Source: Nemertoderma westbladi (lineage: Eukaryota; Animalia; Xenacoelomorpha). From it: a stretch of DNA of 64,000 nt. The stretch spans positions 1-64,000 of the forward strand of contig JAUCBJ010004980.1 of assembly GCA_032718475.1 (NCBI GenBank), given 5' to 3'. The notes beneath the pieces were generated by a model. It was not told the origin of the DNA. It searched no databases and saw nothing but the letters and a program-made list of their open reading frames with translations. The position numbers were made by a program, and so were the translations under genes. Numbering within the stretch: the stretch's first letter is position 1; each line of letters begins with the position of its first letter. Positions 11,460 through 23,994 of this stretch are shown in pieces.

Positions 11460-14400
11460 GTTTGGTTAATGCGCGGTCTTTGAACTGACTATCAACGTTA
11501 CGGAACGGAGTCAGAAAGTGCCGAAAGCATTCGAATTGGATGAATTTATTGTGTTCATCTAGTTTAGTGAGTTTAGTTCTGAGTACCAGTGGGTGGGCAC
11601 GTATTGTTTGGCTGCACACATCGGCTATCCATCCAGAAAGTGTGGCATTCTCGAATATGGTATATATAGCTAATGAGCTATAATAATATATATATATATA
11701 TAATAAAGCTATAAACAACTCCTGGTGCTGTTAATGGTCTGTCGAAATATAATTGCGAATAATGGTCGCCATAAACTCGTTGATAGCTGACGGGATCCCC
11801 AACTTTGAAATTCCATCCATATTCTTGGAATGTCAGATGTCCGATGGAAGTCCTTTGTACTTTGTTAATTCCGCTAGGTGTATTGGTATACATGAAACGG
11901 AAAAAACCTCGACCTTATACCCAAGGTGCTATCAATTGGGTGTCTACGAAAGGGTATGGGATGTTTTCCATATTTCTAAAATCGTTCTGGAGATCTCCAT
12001 AAAAAGCTGAATCGATATTAATGATTCTTTCGTCAAATAGCATTTCGAGGCCTGGTTGGGGTGACATAGATCCATCTATATCCATTGCCGGTTTGCATAT
12101 TGTATTGATTACATACTGGTGCGCGAGTTCGAATTGTCCATGTCTGAGTCTCTTTTGTATATCTGTAAGGGTTTCAAAAGAGTAGTCGATCGCATCGGAA
12201 CAGGCCCGAGGTGCCTAGATCCATCTATATCCATTGCCGGTTTGCATATTGTATTGATTACATACTGGTGCGCGAGTTCGAATTGTCCATGTCTGAGTCT
12301 CTTTTGTATATCTGTAAGGGTTTCAAAAGAGTAGTCGATCGCATCGGAACAGGCCCGAGTAAAAACATGGGTAGAACCAGCTAATCCTCGTATGTGAATC
12401 ATTCGCTTAGTTCCTAGTTCTCCATTAGGAACACTACCTTCATTATTGTAGGTAACCACTCCATACATTTCGATAATGTTACGAGATTCGTTCCACTCCT
12501 CTGTGGCCTTTTCTATAGTCATACCCACAGGATGCCATAATGTCGCTCATTCACTGGTGTTAGGTAAATCGCGATATTTTAAATAATGGGTAGTATGTGT
12601 GGCTGCATCTCCATATCTCTGTATCCTTTCTTCTTCGAACAATACATCTAGATTCCAATGAACTAGTCAAGTTTTAATAAATCCATCGAGGTTGTATGGA
12701 GGTATTACGTCATTTTCTATTCTTGAGATGTTATAAGGTTTTCTAAATGAGTTTGCTTTAACTAATTGGTCCAAATGTTTTTGTAGTTGTTCAAGTTCAA
12801 CAAGGTCTAGGGGATTTATCAATGGTCGAAACTTTAAACTATGTGTAGGATCTTCGGGTTTCACCATATAATATTGAGCTAAGTGGACATAATAGGGGTG
12901 GTCTTTGATCCCGTAAAATGAGTTCTGTAAAGGTCTAGCGCGTATGTTAACCTCGTGTACCATGCGATGGACAAGGTCTGCTTGATTGTCCGGGGGGTCA
13001 ACGAGTATACTGTCAACACGAGCAGCTTCAATCGGCGGACGCTGTAACTTAGGAGCGTCAGCGATAAGATCTCGAGATCTTAAGTTGATATCAACCGGTT
13101 GAGGTTATGATGTTGCGAAGAGTTTATCTCCGAACTGAGGTACCATCGAAGGATGAATGATGGTTTTGGAGTAGAGATCAGTCATAAGTATCTGAGCTTC
13201 AGGTTGAGCTAAAGCTGCTTCTTCTCTCTTGTCCATTTCGATATGTTTCTCCTCTAGCTGATTCCTCTCTGCTTGTCTTTGAAACCGTTCGCCCAAGAAC
13301 TCTTGTAACAAATATGTATGTCCAAGTTCAATATCTCCCTTCAGATTTTCGATTTCTCGATCGAACTGAGGTAAAGCTAATTATTTTACTGCTTGTACTT
13401 ATTGATGCAATCTACATTTGTCTAAACAATCATAGGTTCCTTTTCCGATCTTTTGCCGAATTGCGTCCAGTGCCGGGACGATTATACGGGTTGAACGGAG
13501 ATATTAGATGTCTGTGTCCCAATCCTGCTAGGTAGGAAGGGCGAATATCTAAGGAGCCCACAATCGGAGTGCCACCGACCAATTGTTCTGGTAGCACCAG
13601 ATCTTTGAACAACGAGTACAACTCAGGAGGATCTGTCATACTGTTAGGGTCGAGAGTCTACGGTCGCACCGGAGAATAAGGAGGTCTGACCGAGTATTCT
13701 GGAACTCTGATCATAGGTTTACTTAAGGATCGTTTGAGTCGAGCGAGCGTGGGTGGCACGTGGAACAGGTTTTGCACAAAACTCCCATAAGTATAGCGAG
13801 TGAAACTATGTTTAGCGCAACGTCTCCGCAGGTGTTTATGGCGTTCCGTTTGTTGATTGGGTCTAGGGCATTCAATGCAGTAATACCAAAGATGCACATC
13901 TTGTAAAGGAAACGCTGGCGACTTTTCTCCTGTTTTACAATATTCATCCATCTATTCAAAGCTATCCGGTAGAACAGGTAGGGGTCAATTAGCGGTAAGA
14001 TACATCATAGTAAAATACAATCATTTAGGTTCCTCATTTGTTATAGGATTAGGATATATACCTTGCGGATATCGAGTTTCTAAATTTTGTTGACTAGCTA
14101 CTTTGAGATAAGTTTCTCTCAGGAACTCTAAATATTCGTAAAAGTTAGTACGCTTGTCTGGTTCTTCAACATCTTCCCTTTCGAGTCGGTTTTGAATATA
14201 ATTTTCATGTTCGATTCTCAGTTTGTCGTTTCGACTCCGCTGCGCGTGATATTTAAATAACATCATCTCCCTTTTGGTATGATAGGATAGGATGACCAGT
14301 AGTCAAGAAGTTCATACCATTGTGATGGGTATAGCACGCGGTGAATTTTCTATAGTCCCATTCACACTTAAGCTGTTCCTCGGACATCAGCGGTTCGATA

Positions 14401-14525
14401 TAACATCCATCATCTTCCGTCGTGTGTTGACTAGCGTCACCGCTTAACAAACTATCAACAAATGCTTGTAGAGGTAGCGTATATCGCTCCCTGATACCAA
14501 GATCATCTTCTATCAACTCAGTCAT
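11329..14525 (-). pseudogene. Decayed ~1000-codon antisense ORF of unknown family inside the LTR element
   Basis: Track ORFs chain in frame across single stops (14266-13430 in one frame; 13311-12216 in one frame; ~12066-11678 after removing a 149-bp duplication). There are also a few frameshifts and a (TA)n expansion at ~11685. Confidence 0.7.
12067..12359 (+). repeat. Near-perfect 144-bp tandem duplication (period 149)
   Basis: 12067-12210 matches 12216-12359, separated by gtgcc; the duplication frameshifts the antisense ORF. Confidence 0.95.
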
Positions 14526-15285
14526 GATATATGTAGGAGTTTATTAATATTATAAATAAAGGCTAGCGGGCGTCGCTGCCCTTGTTATCCCCCAACTGCC
14601 CCTGGACAGTATTGAGATCCTCAGCGCTGATGTGCTGCTGTCACTGTGCCTGTCGCCAACATTGTAGCCACACAACGACAACAATAATCAGCACGAGTCA
14701 CTCTACTGTCCGTCCTAAGGGCTCGAATATACTGGAGGTAATTATTGCAGATGTAGGATAACTTTCACAATTGCAGCTCTCTACTGTAAACACACTTTAG
14801 TAGTAACATTCACTTATAAATTTGCGTTAGTCAAATGCCTTCCAGAATGCCACATTGTTATTATGTATCCAGGGATACTATCGAGATGCTATGTATTACG
14901 CATTCTATTCAATGGGGCAAGCTTTCTATTGTTCTTTTAACTTACTTCTAATTCTAGCGTGGTTGTTACTACAGTGACATTATATTCAAAGCTAGTGGTA
15001 GAATTATGGTAATTATCATGCATGCAGATCTGGGATGATATTTAATAGCGACTCTTGGGTTATTAATATTCCCTTTATATATGATATTTATTAATTTTGT
15101 TGGCTATTGGCTGCACACTGGGAGATTCTCTCACACTGCTATACTTAATAGGGTGAATCTCCGCTCCCATGATCTATTAATTGACTAAATTTTGGGAATA
15201 TTGATAAATTGTATAAAAATGACAATTTATTTAATTCATGAGAGGATATGAATTTAAATATTATTCCCGTGAATTTTATTATTTA

Positions 15286-15587
15286 ATATTAGAATGGACA
15301 CAGTTTTATTCCAGAACATGTGTGGGGACGCCAACCATTGATTCTAGAAATTTTGTCTTTTAAGTATATCGGTGGGTGCCGCGATATCCTAATCAACTAA
15401 ATTTTTAGATGGTCAAAGGGTTTAATATATTTTTATTTTAACATTTTATTATAACAAATGTTGTTAATATTTAACAGATAGTTAGTATTAGAATGGGCAC
15501 CGATTTATTCCAGAACACGTCTGGGGACGTTAACCACTGATTCTAGAAATTTTGTATTTTAAGCATATCGGTGGGTGCCGTATATCA
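15286..15587 (+). repeat. Diverged ~100-bp direct repeat (period ~200)
   Basis: tattagaatgg.cac...ttattccagaaca.gt.tggggacg..aacca.tgattctagaaattttgt...atatcggtgggtgccg occurs twice. Confidence 0.8.
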
Positions 15588-15589
15588 GT

Positions 15590-16050
15590 GGTAGGAAATT
15601 TCTTAGCCAGTCTTCCAGAACATGAGAAGTGGCAACGGATGATGCGGTTAGACATTTGGTCTATTTCGTCCAATGCTGCATGTGGAGTTGGATACATCAA
15701 TAGACCAATTCCACCATTGCCACTATCATCTGCTGACGCGAGGGCGAGTCGCCAACCACCCCCATGTCCTTAATCAGAAACTCATCAGTCTGTCCAGTCT
15801 GCATTCGGTGCTCTTGAACACCCACTGCGCTAAGAGAAACCTTATCCGCCAAGGCAGTCAGGTCACCTTGTCGCATTGGGGACCCGAGTGTTAGGGTGTT
15901 TACTGAGACTAGTCTAGTGACTTGCCTCAGATTCACCAATGACTTCGTTGGTCAGGGTGGAACATGAGATTAGCCTCCAACTCCAGAATCCGTCTCCCCC
16001 TCACAATCTGGCCTCCGTGGTGACCCAGGGTTTGGGCCGGAACTCTTCCC
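15590..16050 (-). mobile_element. RTE-like LINE fragment, start of the APE endonuclease
   Basis: VSVNTLTL...AVGVQEHR matches the APE N-terminal motifs of RTE ORFs. Confidence 0.65.
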
Positions 16051-16087
16051 AGATCAATGCTTTGGATAATTTAGTTAGTATTATTAA

Positions 16088-17654
16088 CCCTATTAAACCC
16101 GGGGGGGGGGGGGGGGTGGGGGTCAATATGACCCCCCCCCGTGGTTTTTTTATTATAATTCTGAAACAAACGCAGTTGGGAATCTGAAATTTTATGACTT
16201 TTCCTAAAAATGTATTGTCTTAATGGTAGTGAAAACCGTTTTCAAAAATATTGGGTACTTTTCGAGTTATAGCACCATTTTTTAACCCTACTTTTGGCAC
16301 TTTTTTTGAGACGTTTTTTGAAAATTACATTTCATTAAATATTAATTGTAACATCTCTATTTTTGATTTGCACCGGTTTTTTGGTGTTAGAAATTGGATG
16401 GAATTCATATAAATTGATTTAGAAATTTCAAACTTGTTTTTTTCGATGGGTGCCAAATTTTGGTGCCAGCACCAAATTTTGAAATAAGTCAATTTTGTAA
16501 ATTGATTGTTTGAAACTTGTTTTTTACGCAATTGGGGTTTTTTGAGGTTCTGGATTCGATGAAATATATACGAGTTGAACCAAGCGTATCAAACTTGTAT
16601 TTTTCAGTGCTGTGTGCTAATTTTGGTGCTAGCACGAAATTTTGAAAATCCATTCAATATATAAAATTGCTTGTGACAATTTATTTCTTGCGTTTTAGAG
16701 GTTTATGGCTGTTCTGAATTCAATGGAAAATATAATTATCGAACTTGACATCTCAAACTTGTATTTTTCGGATGTGGGTGCAAAATGTGGTGCTAGCACC
16801 AAATTTTGAAAACCATCAAATATATCAATTGATTGTGTCACCTTGTTTCTTGCGTTATACGGGTTTGTGATGGTTCTGAATTCAATGGAATCAGTAAAAA
16901 TTTCATAAGAGTTCTCAAACTTGTATTTTTCGCCGGTGGGTGAAAATTGTTGTGCCAGCACCAAATTTTGGAAAATATGCAAATTGATAAGTAGATAGTA
17001 TCACCTTGTTTCTTGCGTTATACGGGTTTATGAGGGTCCTGAATCCGATGGAATCAATAAAAACAGCACTGGACATCGCAAACTTGTACTTTTTGGTGAT
17101 GGGTACGAAATTTGGTGCTAGCACCAAAATTTGCTAAATTACGCCGAAAAATACAAGTAGCAATGATCTGGCATATTAGAAATGTATTCCATTAGAATCA
17201 GCGCCCTCGAAAACCTGAAAATGTGAATTTATAGCATCGTATAAGTGAATTAAAAATTTTGTGTTCTAACTGAAAAGTGCTGGTTACTTGTTTTTTTCAT
17301 TTTTTTCCTACGCAGAGAGGACTAAACAGCCATTTATAGTAATCATATCATTTTTAAATATTTTCCAATGTATTTTGCACCCCAAAAAACCTGTATTGAA
17401 AAATAATTAGCCGAAAATGTAACTTTCAAATTTGGTGAAAATTGTGCACTACTTGTAATTTTGGTGCTGCAATATAACCACCCCAGTACATTTTTTCGAA
17501 ATTTTTTTTTTTCGGTCGGATCCAGACATGTGATACCTACGTACAAACAAAAAATCAGACGTTTTCGTAAATATTTGTAGATTTTAGAGGGGGGGGGTCA
17601 ATATGACCCCCTCCCGGTATTTGTACAACATTTTATAGCCCGGTACTAATAGGG
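16088..17654 (+). mobile_element. Non-autonomous piggyBac-type element
   Basis: TTAA|CCCTATTA ... TAATAGGG|TTAA; subterminal gtcaatatgacccc; internal ~160-bp tandem units containing the palindrome tggtgctagcacca. Confidence 0.9.
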
Positions 17655-18351
17655 TTAAATGTGCCGCTGTTAGATTACACTGTTGCTTGAGAAAATATGT
17701 GGTGAAATTAAATCGGGTCTATCTTAACTTATATTAACTCTTCACTGAACTTTGATATATTAGTTTCATTTTAGATTACACTTTTTTATCGAGGACAACC
17801 AACACAACCAACAAGCAACCAAGGAAATTCCCAATAGAAAGGGAATTTTTACAAGTTAAAAGAAGACGGATTACCAATTGATATCATATGTTTTCAAAAA
17901 TATAATTTAAAAATTATAAACTTTTGTTGAAATTTCATAATTAAAATTAACGATCGATCAGTGGATCTCACCCAATAGGCCAATAATATAATTTAATTCA
18001 AGATATTAATAATTTAACTACAGCAGTTGTAGAGTTAACTAAAGGAGTTGTATACTGTGCAGTGCATGAGGAACATACTATGCATTCAGTGCATCACTGA
18101 ATGCTGAATATAATATTTCAACATTTCTGCACTGGCATTGCCTAACCAATACCACATATGGATATTGGATACATAACGGAGAAACTATATTATAAGTTGG
18201 AGGATAAAGGGCATGGACTTTTTGAAAATAATTGCAAATTACTTGCTTTAATATTTTGGTAATAGATGTGTAGATTACGTGATTTAGAGAGTTAGTATTA
18301 ACTGTAGGCCTACTTGACATTAGCTTAAGTTGTAGGCTCTTCTGTATATTA

Positions 18352-18630
18352 TTATAAGGATAATACTGCACCTGGATTATCATTATAGAATCTTCCATTA
18401 CTGTGGATTCCTGATAGAGTCCCTATTGAAGAGAACACAGTCACAATAAGATCAGTTACTGCTAGAGACCCAATGAAAACAGAACTGGCAACTCTCAGCT
18501 CCTTCTCAGAAACTATAGCAACAAATATTAAAGAGTTGCCCAATAGTCCAGTAATAAGTAGTATGTAGAGGTATATGTTGTAGGATTTAACCCAACCATT
18601 GTAATTGATGACCACAGGCTCATCAGTCAT
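18352..18630 (-). CDS. Class A (rhodopsin-like) GPCR, N-terminus/TM1-TM2 (exon or pseudogene fragment; melatonin-receptor-like)
   Basis: GLLGNSLIFVAI (TM1 GN), KELR, FIGSLAVTDL (TM2 LAxxD). The downstream TMs were not convincingly found. Confidence 0.75.
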   Translation of the reverse strand: MTDEPVVINYNGWVKSYNIYLYILLITGLLGNSLIFVAIVSEKELRVASSVFIGSLAVTDLIVTVFSSIGTLSGIHSNGRFYNDNPGAVLSL

Positions 18631-20249
18631 TATTGGTTACATAAGTTTATTTGTAATATACCTTGAATGTCTTAGGCTCGTGGGTCAGAAAGACAGTTAT
18701 TACAAATTTTGTTCATAAACCTTCAATATACCATTAAGTCAATTTTTAAATCGTTTCCCTTTAACGTTATAGACTAACTTGAAAGTTTGCATAATATATA
18801 CAACTTCATGGGCCTAATATTGGGTCAAAAGCGACTATTAAAATTGATTAGGGTGATAATTAATATTCATTAGCAGCAAATAATATTAATTAATTAGGTC
18901 AAAATCATAATTTCTAACATATAATATCAAAACATATTGCTTATTTCGATAAAATTAATGAGCTTAAACTGAAAATCTTTTTCTACAAAATAATATTTAT
19001 AACTACTCCACTGATATATCAATCGAGCAAAAAAACAATTCACACAACTACAATTACATCTCGGGGTTGGCTTTATGATGCTACACCCAATCCATAAAGG
19101 TGTATACTTCCAAATTAACTCCCTTCCTATTCTTCATCCTTCCTACTCTCTATTATTCATTTACTTCCCATTCTTCCAAAATAATTATTGTAATAATGTT
19201 GATATAATTGGGCTTCTAGTCAATAAATATAACTGAATTGAGTGATACATTTTAATGATTTTACAGTATAATTTAGTAAACATAATTTTAAATATGAAAG
19301 AGGAAAACAACTGCCAATAAGATATCTTGTCCCAGTTTAAAATGTCCAATGGTAAGACTAAAGTGTTAGCAGCATGATCACTTTTGTCACAATCCCAGCC
19401 ATTCACATTCACTGAATAAAAAGATTTCATTGCATTCATTACATCTGTTCATTTTTCTGTACTGACTGATTTCAGTACTTGCAAGGCTAAAATAATGTAT
19501 GAGAGTTTCTGATAACGTTGGATGGGTGTTTAACAGCTAGTCCTCTGCTTCCAACTACGTTATCGTATTCACAGTGGTTTTCTCTTCTTTCTGGACCAGT
19601 TCATCATTCAATATATATATAAATATATATGTCTATTCCTCGCAGCTTTTAGGCCACTGGTCCCACTGTGAAAGATATGCGGTATGTATAAGAAATAGTT
19701 ATACATGTATATAGTTGATAAAGTTTAGCGTCATCTAGCGGGTAACTATGAAATTTTCTATGTTATATACATATATATATATATTTTGAATGCGCAATTA
19801 GGCCATTATTAAATAATTGAATAGGGTGCCTATATTACATAGGATGCTTAATAGATTTATTAATGAGGTATTTTGTTTGAATGAAGTTCGTAACCATTGT
19901 GTGTTGGTCGTGTTTGTTTGTTTGGGTGGGGTTGGGAGGGGGGTGGGGGTGTATACATGTAAAAGAATGAGCCGCCAAGGTGTGCTGAGAGATAAGACGA
20001 ATGGAGGTGTCGACTAGGGCAGGGGTGAATTTATATAACCACTGGTGTTAATCTAAAAACATTTCGTTTTGCAATATAGGATATAATTTTTGTAAAATTT
20101 TGAAATATTACCGCCCCCTTTAATATTTCTAAATGTTCTAAAAATTATAGCACTACAGTAGTGATGCAACGGGAATCTGGCTTCTAATTGGGGGGGGGGG
20201 GGGGGGGGGGGGATTAAAAATGGTTGAATAATAGTGCAGTTTTCAAACC

Positions 20250-20450
20250 GTGATAGTTAGTTGCTGCCGCACTCTTTTCCAACAACTTGGATCCCCACCA
20301 GTGGAGGTTGATGGTGGTAAGCCTCACTGCCACCCTATTATAATCCGATTCATTCGACACTCATCTCGGCGAAAAATGTTCCTCAACAAACAGAAACTAC
20401 TGAATGGTATCTACATATCGGAACATTTAACAGCCTGTCGATCTGCGTAA
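20250..20450 (+). mobile_element. LINE ORF1 C-terminal fragment (CR1/L2 group)
   Basis: PIIIRF...KQKLLNGIYISEHLT motif. Confidence 0.55.
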
Positions 20451-21508
20451 TTATATCATGTTAATGTTTTGAAATGTAGCAAAGTTGCTATATGTGCTGC
20501 TTCCACGATGAATGGGTACATTAAGCTCTCAAAGCATCACTTCACCACCCACCTGGTGGGGTGTGGCTGCATTGAACCGCAGGGAACCATCAGCAGAGCG
20601 TCTGTCATCTCTGCGTAAATCCTCTGATCACACTACCAGGGTGACTTCTCAACAACGTGTAGGACAACCTACCCGCTGATGATCAGACGAGGAAGTTTAA
20701 TCTGCAACTTATTATGATTTTCATGCGTGACAGGGTCAGGCATCGGGTATTAATTAATTGTTTAATAAAGTCATTGGCATTGGGTATAACATTACGTTCA
20801 TTTATATATAGCCTCAAAAAACATGTAATATTTAGGAATATAATATTTTATAGACATTTTATGAACTACACTTTTATTTCATAACCTTTATTTTAAATTT
20901 AACTTTTACAGTTAGGCAAGGTGATGGTTTGTTGTTATCCGGTAACGGTAATTAATTCAGCTATAAGAATAGCTGAAATAGTTGTTACGTAGTGTTTGAT
21001 AACGGTAAGCATTTTTAGTACCATTTTTTAGTACCATTTTTAGTACCAATCCAGTAGGTAAGGACAACAGTAATTCCAACCTTTCCCCATGAGCCTAACC
21101 AACCAACTAACATGCGATTTCTGTTTTACCCCAATACTAAATATAGAACCAAAAATAATTTGTCCTATTTTTAATAATCTCTAATAATCTCTACCATCTA
21201 TCTACCTTGAGGAACCCACTTTAACGATAATAACTTAAATAATATATTTTGTACTTTTTGTTATATAGAAACCTTTCCATTCTCTTCAGTCCCAGACAGT
21301 GACACCGATATTTTTTATGTTAAAGATGATGATAACTTTGACTTACCCTATAACTTCAACGAATATGACAGTACATTAAAAAATATAGACCCTGACCAAA
21401 ATTTAGACTCCAATAAAACAAACGGAAAATATTTTTCAGAATAAAAATTTAATAATCTACCACATGATACTCAATATCAATATATAACCTAAATTGTAGA
21501 AGTCTTAA

Positions 21509-23118
21509 GGGGGGGGGTACACCCCCCTATGGACCTTTTTTGCAAATGGCTATAATTTCTGCTTGTGTGTAGTTTTGTATATTTTATACCTTTCGGGGGA
21601 TTAACAGATGGCCAAAGATTGGGTTCAAAAAAAAAATTTTCAAATTTTCGTCGCCCTCTAGCGGCCACCAGCGAAATTGTTAATTTCATTAAAAACACTA
21701 CTAGTCTCACAATTTTGGGCGAAAATTTTCGAAACTTGGTTTTTCTGAATCAGCATCCTCGGCTCCACAAAACTTATCGGTTACATTTTTTATTTAGGTC
21801 TTAAATATTTTTTAAATATTATGAACTAATATTAATTAATACTTGTTAGATACTAACTAATTTCAAGAAATTAATATGGCACAATTCAAAATTCTAACCG
21901 ATAACTTTTGATCAAAACCCGAAAAGAAATCAAACAAAAAAAAAATTTCGAAAATTGGTTATGAAATGGCCGTGTAGTAGTATTTTGAATGTGAAAAATA
22001 CAATTCCGAGATAAACGCATTTAAAGTTTAAGAACAATATATTTCAAATGTTCCCGCTATTTTCAGTACTGGTATCTCATTTTCTTTTCCCATTGGTTAT
22101 CCCCTATCCATATTTCAATGGATTTCATGAAAATTTGGTTCAAAAAAACCCCTACCCACTTTTAACAACCTGTTAAAATAATTTTAGAGTGCTTGCCAAA
22201 AAACACTTCGCGCAGCACGTGAACAAATTTCATTTTGGCGTTTTAATTTGATCGCATACTATTTCGTCATTTAGTAATAAATAGTCATGGAATAATGAGA
22301 CAACCTTAAGAAACATTCAAAATTATATAAAAATTTTCACATAATTTTATAATAAGCCTTTACACAGAACATTAAGCTTTGCACAGCACGTGAAACCTTC
22401 GCGCAGCACGTGAGACATTTACGCAACAGGTGAAGGTTTCACGTGGCACTTAAATTCTTCACAAAGCACGTTAATTAATCGAGCACCTCGGAAAGCTTTT
22501 TATTTTAATCAGAATGAGAAGCCTTCACGCGGCACATGAAAAGTTCATGCAGCACATGAAGACTTTGCGCAGCACGTGAATTATTCTCAGAGCCTGCGGA
22601 ATTAAAAAAAATAAGTTTATGGTTGTTTCCCAGAATTATTATTACTAGCTATTGTTATTTGATGGTTCACATTTGTTATTACTAGTAGACAACAAGCCCA
22701 TTAGACATTGTTCAATATGTAATACAAAACTCACAAATGTCTATTAAATATATATTAATTAAAATTTTACGGACATGTTGACAGACATACAGACATACAA
22801 ACAGACAGACAGACAGACAATCTGAGAGACAGACTAAGATACAGACATAGTCATTAGATAATTCCAAATATGAAAACAGACATCGACATTAAGAGAAATC
22901 CTAACAGCAAACATTTCAGATTGCTTATTTTATGCCCTTTTTAATATTTCAATGGACAGACAGACAGACATACAGACGGAAAACCAACCATTACTCGAGA
23001 ACTAAAAGAGATCTCGCTAAGCCGTTTCCAGATTTGAAATCCGCATTAAATTCTACTCTAGATAAAATAAAAAAACAAAAAACGAAAATTTTGACCTGAG
23101 GGGGGGGTGTACCCCCCC
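21509..23118. mobile_element. Non-autonomous Kolobok-type element (TTAA TSD, GG termini)
   Basis: TTAA|GGGGGGGGGTACACCCCCC ... GGGGGGTGTACCCCCCC|TTAA; removing it restores the host LINE reading frame; internal gcagcacgtga repeats and (ACAG)n. Confidence 0.85.
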
Positions 23119-23994
23119 TTAATAAAAATTATAATACCACCAACGACTACCTAAACCTCCTTGACAAACAATTTGACGTACTTTCTTTTACCGAAACATT
23201 TCTAACAGACAATACGGAAAACGGAACAGGAGGGGCGGGACAGCCATATACCTAAAAAATGGACTAGACTACACACACCATACAGATATTACAATTGAAC
23301 ACTGCAAATCTCCTTGGGTTAGTATTTCTAGAACAAAAAATCTAAAACCAATATTAATAGGCAACATTTATCGTCCTGATTCCTGCAATCTAAATAATTT
23401 TCTAGAAATTATTAACAATTTACTTTATAATTTATCAACTCAAAATCTTGACATTATTTTTTTAACCAGCGATTTTCTTTTAAAAAAATCAAACAAAGCT
23501 ATAAAATATCTACAAATTTTAGAATCATACTCCTTTGAACAATTAATTAAAGTGCCTACAAGAATAATCCCCCATTCCAAAACTCTACTTGACCACATTT
23601 CAACAAATATACGAGATAAAATAATAACTCCCGGTGTTTTAGTTGCAGAATACAACTGACCATTTATTACAATTCAAAATTACATTCAATTTACAATTTT
23701 TTAACCCACCTGAAACCTGCTATACTTACGACTATTCTAAATTTAAAAAAGAAAACTATCTAAACGATTTGCGTGAAACCAGCTTGTGGATATATAAGAA
23801 TGATAATATCCACAAGCTGGTTTCTCGCAAATCGTTTAGATAGATGATAATATTATGACTGAAAATAAATTTGAAGAATTTTACAAAAATTTTGAAAAAA
23901 TAACGAGTAAACACCTACCGAAAAAAACAATAAAAAAAAATGAAATACCAAAAAAACCCTGGATGACCATAGGACTGATTAAATCGTCAATGAC

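Noticed and set aside
16325-17546. ORFs inside the piggyBac-type elements (also 43231-44085)
   Set aside because: Short shadow ORFs of internal tandem repeats with no transposase motifs.
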